Source: Antedon mediterranea (Eukaryota > Animalia > Echinodermata). Taken from it: a stretch of 64,000 nt of DNA. The position numbers were made by a program, and so were the translations under genes. How positions within the stretch are numbered: position 1 is the first letter of the stretch; each line of letters opens with the position of its first letter. Shown in pieces: positions 26,490 to 39,200 of this stretch. The stretch covers positions 1,736,001-1,800,000 of the forward strand of contig NC_092680.1 of the NCBI RefSeq assembly GCF_964355755.1. The letters run 5' to 3'. Below the pieces are notes generated by a model. It saw only the letters and a list, made by a program, of their open reading frames with translations. It did no database searches and was not told where the DNA came from.

Positions 26490-27115
26490 ACTAGAGGGTA
26501 CTCCGAGAGTACAAACTCCGCCTACTGTATAATTCCCCTACATAAAATGTCGCCGGAAAATATATATATATATTTTTTTTAAATTTTGTTTATTAGTTCT
26601 AAGTGTAAATAGCCTAAGTGTAAATAGCCTAACTGCACACTTCAAAGTTGTGGATGAGCGTTTGGTGAAATGGTTATGTATCCAGCCTCTTACAATTGAG
26701 ATCGCTGGTTCAAGTCCCGCTGAGATATTTTTTTTTTGTATTATATTTTTTTTTTTTTTTTTTTTGTGGACCTTGATCTTTGACCCTGACCCTTCAAAAT
26801 TTAACCACAATTATATGATGAGTGAGGGTACGTTTATTGTAAATACATAATATAAAAAACCCGTTAAAAAAAGAACGACGTTTCGACTTCATCATGGGGT
26901 CATTATCAAGTCCAATGAATGACATTTAAAACCACAACTAATTAAATAGCACAAGGGTCAAAGTTTAAAGTCCGAGATTTTGGGGCATAGATCATTGTGA
27001 CCAAATTTGGTGAGAATCGGCTAAAAACTGTGGCCTCTAGGCTGTTCACAGACACACACACACAAATACCCAAACACACAGGGGTGAAAATATAACCTCC
27101 TTGGCGGAGGTAATT
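26490..27115 (+). mobile_element. Non-autonomous Helentron/HINE-like element
   Basis: Sub-terminal inverted repeat CTCCGCC (26516) / GGCGGAG (27103), 3' hairpin ACCTCCTTGGCGGAGGT, (AC)n microsatellite at ~27052-27063, TGACC motifs. Family assigned by architecture only. Confidence 0.55.
26655..26726 (+). pseudogene. Degenerate tRNA-like sequence / SINE head
   Basis: A-box-like TGGTGAAATGG, B-box GGTTCAAGTCCC, followed by a T-run; acceptor stem does not pair well. Confidence 0.5.
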
Positions 27116-27899
27116 ATTTTATCTTTTTTTCTTTCCTATACAACGACGGGACAACCAAATGACATAAACAGTTCAACGACAATTTATTTTAAAACTGCCC
27201 TGACGATTAATTCACTATTTTTGTATTATTACTGAAATTTCAAATGTGCAAAATCTGTTCTAACGCTTGGTTAATTTTTTTTTCGGACAAAATAAATATT
27301 ACAATGATAATTAAATAATAAACAATTTTATAATAATTATTTATTTTTAAAATTATATATTTTTGGTACATTTTTTACCAAATCGTGAACCACTCGAACA
27401 TGTCGGTTCTCACTCATTTGCCGATATCTTTTTGTTTACTTACTTGTTATAAAACAATTTGTTTTCCGGGATAGTTTGGATGCCGTGTGCATTGTTATGC
27501 AAATGCAGTGGAGAAGATGGTATTGTTAGTCGTTCGCGATCAACACGCCACACTGTTAAATTTTGATGTTGTTAATCTTTACATTTAGAAGATATTCATG
27601 TAAAGAAACAATTTCCCGGACGGGAACATGGCAGCTCCCCTCTTTTAGTTTGCAAAAGTAATCTCGAAAATAAATGCATGTGGAAAAAGAAGCCCGACCA
27701 GGAATACTAAAAAATGAAGGAGCACATAGGCTTCTTTCCGCGGATTTATGGCAGTCTAATGGAAAAATGAATGCCATACAACTTTATTTCCGATTTTAAA
27801 AAAGGTTAACTTGTTTAAGCCTGACATTTTCAACCCTCTAATTTAAATATCTGTCAAAATAAAAAAAAACACAATATAAATTTTCCATAAAAAAAAGAA

Positions 27900-27982
27900 A
27901 ATATCTGTAGAGGTTCGAACCGGGCCCAATCTAGAGCTGAGAGCACTCAATCCTGAGCATTACCCGTTACGCCACGACGTAC
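27900..27982 (-). mobile_element. tRNA-derived SINE-like fragment
   Basis: Minus strand shows A-box TGGCGTAACGG and B-box GGTTCGAACC followed by a T-rich stretch. Confidence 0.5.
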
Positions 27983-28079
27983 ATGACTGAACAGCTGATA
28001 ATCTCTAGTCTATTTATACGTGTATTACGAAATTTATCATTACGTCATAAATATTAACAGTGCTAAAACCAAAATGATC

Positions 28080-28310
28080 AGTTAGCTCAGTCGCCTGAGT
28101 ATGTCGTGGGTTCGATTCCCACGCTGGTCGGTGGAATAGAGTTAAGGCTATGCGAGTCACTGTGTTTGGGGTTCACAGATCATACGTCCCCTTTCCACCA
28201 CACATCATGAGGCGACAACATCAATGCATCTGGTGATGTGCTGGAAACGACCCCAAAAGGCTGTGGCAGGGTCTTAGTGCTGAGGCAGGGAGAGCACATT
28301 TAACATCTTT
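28080..28310 (+). mobile_element. tRNA-derived SINE-like fragment
   Basis: A-box TAGCTCAGTCG and B-box GGTTCGATTCCC (internally deleted head), then a GC-richer body. Confidence 0.5.
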
Positions 28311-30260
28311 TTTTTTTATTTAATTTTTTTTTTCAACCTATATTCGATTTCGTAAATTTTATGTTTGGCGCCCTCAATTTTTAAAAGAAATGAGTAATAG
28401 AATGGAATTTATATTTCATGGCAGGAGTACGAAGCGGTTTGGTATGCCGTGCGTTGTTATGCAAATGAGTTTATACAGGTGTAGTGGGAAAGATGGTATT
28501 GTTAGTCTTTCGCGATCAACACGCCACACTGTTAAATTTTGATTTTTTAATCAATGTTACTACCTACATTGTTAGCGAAATATCCGATTCATGCAAGATA
28601 TTGTATTATAATATTTTCGAGGTTTTATGGCAGTCTATTTAATGGAAAATAATGCCATGCACCTTTGTTTCATATTTAAAAAAAGGTTCACTTGTTTAGG
28701 CCTGACATTTACAAATATCTCACTTTCAAAATCAAAGAAAACCCATATTTATTTTCAATTCCAAAAAAGTCATTCGCGGTCAACACACCCGGCACACTGT
28801 TTAATTTTGATGTTGGTAATCTTTACATCAGGATATTATTTAAATCATGTAAAGAAAACAATTTTCCCGGCGGGAACCTAGCAGCGGCTGCCCACCTCTT
28901 TTTGTTTGCAAAACTCCGGGAAGCAAAATGCTAAAAATTAAACTTATCTTAACTAGGGTCACGAAAACTTTAGTGGACCAGGGCCTGATTCGAGTGGAGA
29001 ATCCTACTATGCCATATAAAATGGCGTTACGACAGGAAGATTCTCTCAGCCGATTTGCGCGATGGTATTTAAATTGAAATTTATTTAATTTAGATCTATA
29101 ATTAGCGTTTACTACCTGTAGGCCTATTAAGTTAATTTTAAGAAAAAGGAATCGATTGTGACATTAAATTTAATCAATTTTATGTTGAAGATCGGTCAGG
29201 ACTAATAATGAACCTTAAAGGCCTGCAATTTTATTTCATTATTTATTTATAGTTAAACTATTTATTAGAAGCTAAAAATTTATTTTCACAGAAATCATGG
29301 TATTGCCAGGTTATATGTTTATGTATATAAATTTGATTCATCATGAGGCATCCTTTACTGATATGACGGACAAATATTATCTACGCCAGAGTCCCTAAGC
29401 TACCAAAATAGTGAATACATTTTAGTATAGACCATCGAAGTAATAATGAAAAAAATAATGAAAAATGCTTATGTAATTCTAAAATATATATTTCCGTCTG
29501 TATGTGAAAACTATATTATATTTTATTTTGATAATATTATTTTTGAAGACAATAATTCGTGTATTTTGCTCTCCTCCTCTGGCGAACACTGATTCTGGCA
29601 ATCATTCATTTCCAAGATGCTGGTTTCGGATATGGATTGGATGAAAGTTCACGTCTGTTGTTTATGTTGTGATCGATACCCACAGGCCTAGGCCTAGTAT
29701 TTCTCTACTTTTGATGTACACAATTAGGCTTATTATTGAAATTTTGCACCGTATTCACCTTTCAGCAAGGAAATGAATTGGGTGGATGGAATAAGGTAGG
29801 TATTGCTATAACATAAAGTGGTTTTATCTAGCCTAGGCCTAGCCTACTAGGCCTAGCTGGCTCGGTCGGTACTACACGGACCCTTGTATAGAAGCCTAAG
29901 CTAGGCTAGGCCTACTATGCCTACTTGTTTCCAGACTTAGGCTAGGGTTAGCCTAGGCATATCTAGGCCCGTGAACTAATAGGCCTAGGCCTAGACTACT
30001 ATGCTAGGTCTAGTTAGGTAGGCCTATTACATGGATGGATGCTAATATTTTGAACTCTCATTCATTTTATTCTTTACTCCATGTTATATACTTCAATTCA
30101 AAATTGTCTATAGGCCTATCTAGGCCTATTGTATAGGCCTAGGCCCCTATGATTATGTAAGCGTACGGCTAGACTAGGCCTAATCTAGCCTAGATCCTAT
30201 TCTTGATTTTATTATTTTATGTAAGCCCATTTTTTATTTGAATAATCAGGAAATGGTGAA

Positions 30261-33200
30261 ATGGAGCAAGCACTGTATAAGAGAGATCGGTATCATCACA
30301 TTAAGACAAAGTCTGGGAAAATTTTGCGAGTTGTACGTGAACACTATCTGAGAAAGTGCATTACATGTAGTGCTGAAATTTGCACCTTAGATTCATGTAA
30401 AACAGGTACAGTATTCTATTCTTATCAATGCATTTGTCTTTGGTATTCAAATATGAAGGATAATTAATAATATCAAATGTGCCAATCCTGAATATGCCAT
30501 TTCAGACAATAGTTTGTATTTGTTTGTTGCTATTCTAAATCTTCAGAGCATGGTTTATGCTCTGGTCTTTCAAGTTTATAAGAAGTTGATTATATAAACT
30601 CAATTTGTATTGAAATACAGTATTATTATCACTATTTAAATCTCTGTCTACACTATCAAACTTTATGTGACAACAAAAATGTGATGTGCCCATGATTTAT
30701 ATATAATTTACACAGTGCTACGCAACACAATTGATTTATATATACACTACACTACACTATATGTGGACAGAGCTTAAGATGTTGTTGTACATGATTTCAG
30801 GTATTTCAAGTTTGCCTTCAGATGTCACACACTACTTGTTTCCAGATGGAGGGGTCTGTAAAGACTTCATGGAAGTACTGGAACTTGCATATTTCACTGG
30901 AATTGTATTTACACAAACTGCTGTCAACTATGTAAGATATTAATGCACCTTGTATGAGCCACTATTCGACCCCCGGGAGAGGTGCGTCATTTTCCAAATT
31001 ATTGTTGACGCAAGGGTGCATCAAAAAACCTAGATGCTATGTCACATCAGGGTAGCTGCCTCATTTGAGGGGTGGCTGACTCACTTGAGTTAACACTAAA
31101 CAGCAAAGGAATTTTGCTTAAGCTGCGCCATTTTTTCATCTCTTTTTAAAAATATTATTGTATTGTATTGATTTTATGCTGGTAAAATAATTAACAAAAC
31201 TTTATCTGAATTCTATGATACTTTACAAATTTAATAATGTTCCATCAGCTGCTATGGTTTGTCCAAGAATGAGAGAAAAAACAAGCTATCAGAATAAAAA
31301 CTCTTATGTGTGAATGAGCTTTCTCTTTTATATTTTTATCGTCATCCTTTCTTTCTCAGAACATTTTAAGCTCTGTCTACACTACCAAACTAGTTTGACA
31401 AAAAAAGTGTGATGTACCCAAATATGGTAGTGATATGCCCAAATATGGTAGTGATATGCCCAAATATGGTAGTGATATGCCCAAATATGGTAGTGATATG
31501 CCCAAATATGGTAGTGATATGACATCATCATGTCTATATATGGGCACATCCCATTTGTTTATGTATGTACTTATAATCCTTTGTTTCTCAGGTGTTAACT
31601 CCAGGAGGCAGAGCAACTATTAAACGTCTCACTCAAAAGGTTGCAGATCCCAGAAATGGCTGCATCTTCTTTGCTAATGAATTCTTTCATGAGACGTTCT
31701 TTGAACGAGAATCAAAAGACAATGTAAATAAGTGGCAAACAAAGTAAGCATCTTATAACAATAACACATTTCAGTTCTACTCTACGTTTACATAAAGTGA
31801 GTATGTTCAGTAGTGTGAAATTGCTACTGTGCAGAATGTACTGATGCAATATAAGCCCATCCTGGGAGATACAGATTCCAAAAAGCAACTGAATTAAGCT
31901 TAAGCTCTATAATGTGGTCTTTTTAGATTCCTTCAACCCAGTTCCTTTGCCTCTGAGTTACGCCACTGATAATATTATATACTAACATTTCTCTTTTTCT
32001 GGTGGGATTAGCCTTAAAGCCCTCTGGGTTTATTTAAGTTTCTGCAGCATAAGTACTTTCTACTTTTTTTGTTATAACATAATAATGTATCTTATAAAAA
32101 TAAACTTGTTATTTTAGACTAGTGTACAAGGCAGCTGAGTGGTATTACCAACATTTAGAGTGTAAAAAAGCTGTTGTCGTTTTAACAGAAAGCGAAGAAA
32201 TAACCTTTGACCTTGCTAATAAAACTGCTGGTGTTCATGTTATGTCTCTACAACAATACTTATTATTGTTTTGGCCAAATTGTGCAGAAGCCACGGACAT
32301 GTTTGAATCTTTATCGGCGTCTTTGTTGTTATCCAAACAAAAAGGTTTGTCAGTTATTTTAATTTTTATTTTATTCAATCGAAACCAACAACAATTATTA
32401 CGCCGCTAACAGGTTTGATACAAACAGAGCCAGGACTGGTTAAAGCACATTGATTGGTCCTAACATTGATCAAGGGCTTCTCTCATCCAGTGCCCACCTT
32501 CACCAGTTTTAAATTAGTCTAGGTTCCAGATGCCGATTCACTAAATATTTGTAAAAAGATATTTTGGCACACTTGGGGTTTCATACTTATAATGCATTAG
32601 CTAGAATCATCATCTGTAGTACTGCACTTAACAGACAAACATATAAAAGCTGATTGGTGGATCCAACTAACAACCTAACAACAACAAGACTATAACTAGA
32701 GACTTTGGGCAATACTGCACTTAACAGACAAACATATAAAAGCTGATTGGTGGATCCAACTAACAACCTAACAACAACAAGACTATAACTAGAGACTTTG
32801 GGCAATACTGCACTTAACAGACAAACATGTAAAAGCTGATTGGTGGATCCAACTAACAACCTAACAACAACAAGACTATAACTAGAGACTAACTAACTAG
32901 TTTTAGTTTCTTTACAGAGTTTTTTTTTTTTTTTGAAAGGTGGTAAAAAGCAGTATGATAACCACTTGCCTCAAGAGGTATTGCAGATGCATGTTAAATC
33001 TTCAGAACAATATTATGAAGGAGTTTTGAACGTCAATAAACATCATGCGCAAAAAGAAGCATTTATACGAGGGTGAGTATTCTGTTTGCTTTGGATGAAG
33101 TTGCTGTGCTTTAATTTAAGTTTCATCTTGTAAATTATATAATATCTTTTTCCTCGATATATAATTTTTTTTTTTTATTTCAATAAAATTATATAATGAT

Positions 33201-36200
33201 ATTTTAATTTCATTCATTTAATTTAAAGGTTTGGCCAAAAGGAGCTTAAACTTGATTCCGATATATTGATATCTGGGATGACAGATCGTAATCGGGCTAT
33301 TCATGGAGATCGTGTCGTAGTCAAGTTGCTTCCTAAATCCCAATGGAAGGGACGAATATCATCTCTTACACAAGGTATGCAATTATTCGTTATTTTACAT
33401 TTTTTTTTTTTTTTCAATTGAAAACAACAGCAATTATTACCTCCACTAACAGGTTTGATACAAACAAAGCCAGGACTGTTTAAAGCACTTTGATTGGTCC
33501 TAACATTAATCAAGGGCTTCTCTCGTCCAGTGCCCACCTTGACCAGAGGAAAGGCATGGGCCAATATGTCTGAGGCAGATATACTGCCATAAGAGTTATA
33601 ATTCACTTGAAGTTTGGTAGAAATTCATTGACCATCTTCTGGATGTTCCCATATATGGACACGATGACATCATATCTCTACCATATTTGGGCACATCACA
33701 CTATCCAAGTAAATATTTCATAATTCATAGTCTCATATTTTCAGTACAGTAAACTCTCTCTCTGTGAGCTCTCTGAAAAGGGAAACTTGCTTGGCCTCAC
33801 TCTTAATTAACTTTGGATGTGTAAAATGTTAAATAGCACCCTCTATTGGTTGGTGTTTATTAACTTTGCTGGGATGATGTATGTATAAATGTTAAATAGC
33901 ACCCTCTATTAGTTGGTGTTTATTTTGAAAATGCTGTAGCACCGTCTATTTGTTAGTCTATTGATTGTGCATAACAGAAACTGCTGCATGTTGGAAGGAC
34001 GCAAAACTACAATTGTGGGACTTTCCTATTAATGTCATTTTCTTTGCCTTCTGCTAAATGTGAAATTTCTCTTGATCCTGATAATGAATACATTTATCAT
34101 TTAGGCTCTACTGCTAAAAATAACTAAAAGTAGAAATTGTGTGTCAATATGGTTGGAGTTCCCGGCACACCTGCCACCCTTGGAGCATTTGGCATACCCA
34201 TTCTTTAAAATATGCTAGTTCCATATATTTTTAATCAATGCATAAGAATATCGCATACTGTATATTCATGTAATGAAATTTGTAGTGAGAAACATGCATA
34301 AAGCATGAGAAATGACTGGTATATGTTTGTAATGCAAAACAACCAATTGAGATAATTGTTTATGAACTTTAACCTTTGTACTTTGAAGTACTGTTTTCTA
34401 GTCTAGACTTGCGTTGATATCTAAGTACAATGCTTTTCATACTTTCAATTTGTAACAATGATTCTTATGTCTAATAATCAACTCTATTCATAAAGTTGCC
34501 TACATTTTTATTTATAACTTCCGTCTGAAAGATTGCAATTAAAAGTATATCCTTATAAATGTATTATGGGTAATAAAATTAGGAAAGTATTAGACATATC
34601 TTCCCGTAATTTGTATTTTTACATTACGTATTTCTATATTACACCAGTGTTTGATGATTTTGACTGAAATTTAAAAAAATATTTTTAGCAAAACAAATTG
34701 CACATATACCGTATTGAGTTTTTTTTTATTGCATCATGAATTTAACAAAGTGAAAAATATAACAATTATACATTTTATAATTAATACAAATTAAATTTTA
34801 CTAATTCATGTTCACATTCACAATTAATCCTGATTTACAATTTATACTCCCTCATAAAATTGAGTTTCAAAGTCAACTTTTCGTATTTATTTGTGGAAAA
34901 TTGAGTGTAGAATCATTCTAGTTTTTCATCTTTAAACTCTGTCTACACTATCAAACTTAATGTGGCAAAAAATATGATGGGTCCAAATATGGACATGATG
35001 ATGTCATATCACTTACTAACATATTGGGTATATCACTACCACATGTGGAGTATAGAATTAAAAACAAGCGAATTGAGTCGAACACATAAAAAAACATTTA
35101 GGCAAGAAATAAATATTGACATTTGTGGTTTTTTGTTATTGATATTAAACAACTATTTTTATTATGATTTTTTTTTTCATAATTCATTATTTTGTGAACT
35201 TATACTATTACTATAGATATTTTTGGTAAATTGTTCTAATACTAAGAAAAACCTTAGAAGTTGAATGCAAATATCTACACTTTCAACTAACTTTTTTGTA
35301 ATAACTTTAGTTAAATGTTAAGCAAACAAAAAAGACAAGAGATCTAAAATTAGAATTTCTATAAAATTGCACATGAAGCCTAGCTATAAAACAAATGCAT
35401 CTAAAATTCTGTCTACACTATTAAACTAGTTTGATGTGCCCAAAATGGTAGTGATATGCTTAAATATGGTAGTGATATTACATCATCATGTCCATATATG
35501 GGCACATTACATTTTTTGTCACATCAAGTTTGATAGTGTAGACAAAGCTTTATCCATGCAAGGTAAGATCCTGTTTGGACTTCATTGATAAGACTCACTC
35601 AGTTTAAACTTTTGTAATTATTAGTATACAGTTCTTTTCTATAGAATGTTGTAGAGTTCTAAATTCTCTAAATGTTGTATTAATTCATGAGTTGAATATT
35701 TTGACCGACTCCTCAATGTGAGTTCTATCGATAGGACAGACTCTCTGCGACAGCCTATGATCACATTGTTCACAAGTCGCGAGATGTTTACATGGCATGT
35801 ACGCGACACATTTCAGTCGCTCAAGACAAACAACACATCTGCGTGCTGAGTTGCTTTCTGATATCTGTTCCTCAAGATTCTGTATCTTGTTGCACTGTTG
35901 CATTTGTTCGGTTATATGCGACTTGTGATCTTCAACCATTTTAACAACTAAATTATTATAATCGTCTTCCTGTTGTTTTACTTTCTCTGAGATGTTGTTC
36001 ATTTTGTGTTTGATGTTCAGTCGCTCTTCCTCGACTCGTTTTAAATCGCATTGAAGCTGTTGTATTTGCTTTCGCATCTCTTCTCTTTCATCTTTTAACT
36101 GTTTCTTTAAAACTCCCTTCTGTTTCTCCATTTCTGTAAAGTGTTCATCGAGTTCTCGTAATTGATGGCGCGTGCTTTCCAGCTCCGTACACGTGTCTTT

Positions 36201-39200
36201 CAACTGACGCGACAGTTGTCTTTCTAGCGTTTTATTTTGTTTGTTTTCTTTCGTCACGTTATCCAACTGACGTTTCAAAGTTGACGAGTCGTCGTTCGGT
36301 TGTAATAACTCGTTTAACTTTAAAAGTTCCATTTCTAGAAGCAAGTATTCACAATCCTTGCAACGTTTCTTCGTTATACTAGAACGGTATTTCGGAGTGT
36401 CTCCAGAACGTTTGTTTCCTTTTTCCTGTTCATTTTTCAATTGTTTGTTTGAATCTTTCAAGTTAAATATTTCTTTTTTCGCTTCTCTTAGCTGAGCCTC
36501 TAATCCATTTATGCATTTTTGATAGTCTTTGCCCAAACCAGATGCTTTCTTTATACCATTTCGTATTCTGTCAATCTCTGACGTCAGTTGGCTATTATTG
36601 TCTTCAGCTTCCACCAGTCTATGCTGGAGATCTTTGATCATATTTATTGCCTCATTCACTATTCGCACTTGATTGCCGAAGCAATCTTTTGCTTCTAACT
36701 CGTGATCAGTTACGTGTTGGTTACTTAGTAATGCGATAACTCCATGGCGCACTTTCAATTCCACTACCAGCTTTTTAACGGTGTTTCTAAGTTGAGCTCT
36801 AGAAGCGACATTTAGTTCTTCTTTCCCTTCTTTGGTCGTCAGATCTGCATATCCTAAACCTGTTTGTTGATATTCCAAGGACGGTTTGTTACCCATTTTA
36901 AAATGTATTTCCAGTGTTTTTCAGTCTGGAAAAAATAAAAATAAACTTTATCAACACAAAACTATTTTAAAGTATTACTGTATCTTTAAATAAGTGTAAA
37001 AGTTGAAGAATGGAAATTGGCCAACAGAGGGTGAAACTCGAATCTTTGCTTTTACCTCACGACAAATAAATCATTGGGACTTTGATAGTATGTTTTTGTC
37101 TAATCAGATAGCATTTATTTAATACTACTATCCTGAATGAGTGAAGTAACTGATCATTTAACGGCCCTAATAATAATAGATATACAAAAGGTAAGAATTG
37201 TATGGTATGCTTTTTTCTTGATGTATGCATCAAATTAATACGCCCTGGAATTAAATTTTTATTTATAAGATTGGCATTAAAAGCACTAAAACGATCTACT
37301 ATATGAAATTTGGACTGTAGAAATAAATAAATAATATATACAAAAAAAATATCTATAAATAAATAATAATTAACAAAGTGATTGGGTAATTAAAAGAAAA
37401 AAAGTAATAAACGAAAAATATTCTTAATTTAAAAATTATTTTTTTACCCTATATATTTTATGCCAGTAGTAACTCACTCATCTTGACACCAGCAATCCAC
37501 CAAGACAAATAAGATAGTTCACCTTATAACCCTTAAATTAGTTCAACATCTTATTTGTACATGACGGGTTAAACTAAGGTAAGCTTTATACAACTTATGC
37601 AACTAGGTATGAACCAATTGGCTCTATTATATCTTTCGTTGCTCGAGGGCATATTTCCAAAACATTGCGACCCAAAGTCAATACACCGTTTCCGAACTTT
37701 TACCACTCCTTAAGTCAAAATCTTACAAGGAATATGAACAAACTAAATTGCTCAACTTAAGCGTGCTTAATCAAGTCCTATTGTAAGTATGTACCTTTCG
37801 GAGCATTGATTTCTGTTCGGTGGACCGTGCAAAATTGCATAATTGGCTTTGCAACGAAATCTGTCTGAATTTGTTGTGATAAAAGACGGATTCTCCCGTC
37901 TCAGTACGTTGCTTCCGTCAAAATCAACCGAAATAGAATGACAACAATTGCTGTCGTGCATCAATGAATCGGAATAAGTCCAACTGACAGGTTATAAAAT
38001 CGAGCTGATTATGAAAACATGGAGGTGATTTGTCTCGCTTTCTTTACTTAACTGTTAAGCTTATTTTGTTATTGTTTTCTTGTACTTTCGAGATTAATAT
38101 GATCGATGTCACAAAACCTTCTGATTTTTATGCTGCCTATAACTCTGACAACTAACTTTAAAGTAAAGCTCTGTCTACAAAACTTTATGTGAAAAAAAAA
38201 TGTGATGTGCCCATATATGGACATGGTGTCATATCACTACCAAAATATTGTGGATTTTTAAAAACTGGTTGTGTGTTTAAATGCTGAGACCGGATTAGAC
38301 TTGCCTTTAATTCATGTTCCCTGATAAGTTCCAAGCCCCTGATTTCACTTCTAATAAGGAAAACTCAGATAATCTATATGACTAAGAACATTACCACTGT
38401 ATCAAGTTAATAATTAACACATTGTTTAAATAATGCGTTGATAAAATATTGAGTCATTTCATTTTCAAGTGAAAAAAAGATTAAACGGTTATTAACGTTA
38501 GGAGATACACTTAATAATATGTAATTTAAACATTGATACTATATTTAACAATGGTTTACTGTGTGATCATTTCAACACAATTTAGTAGTAGTTAGGGCTA
38601 TCAGCATATTTTTCCATGAAAAATACTCTGGTTGGTGTGCCAATATATTTTTTTCAGATGATTTGGTAAAACACAGTTTTTTGAAAATGTATTATGCATT
38701 GTCACTCTGTACTGGAAATTATTGTTAAATAAAAACTAATTTAAAAATGCAAAATGTATCACTACTTTATCAACTTCAAATAAATATTCAAGCCCTTTAA
38801 AAAAAAATTAAAATCTATCTCTGTGTGTTATTTCAAATTTACTGATTGTCAAGGAAAGTTTTTGTAAACATCAGCTACTGTAAATCGATTTTTATTTTTA
38901 TTCTGTACTTTCACACCTCAAAAATCCTTAGATTTTGCTACATTATTAAACACAGACATGCTGAAATAAATATTTTCAAGTACTTACTATAAAAGTGTCT
39001 ATATATCACAGGCAAAATAATTCATGTCTAGAGTGCACATGGGTACAAAGCATTATATCACTAACATGCTGGGTTGATTAACAAGCCTGACACTCCATTG
39101 TGTTTAGGGTGTAAACCAATGTTTGTTAAAAAAATTCACAAACCACCAAACTTCACACTCCTCCCTAAACTAAGTGGTTTTAATTGCAAACAGTTTCTGT

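Noticed and set aside
26655-26726. Functional tRNA-Val(TAC)
   Set aside because: Acceptor and anticodon stems pair poorly and it sits inside a repeat element.
31377-31623. ORFs with ISLPYLG / MPKYGSD repeats
   Set aside because: Translations of a 21-bp minisatellite within a MITE.
32587-32859. 90-aa repetitive hydrophobic ORF
   Set aside because: Translation of the 93-bp intronic tandem repeat.
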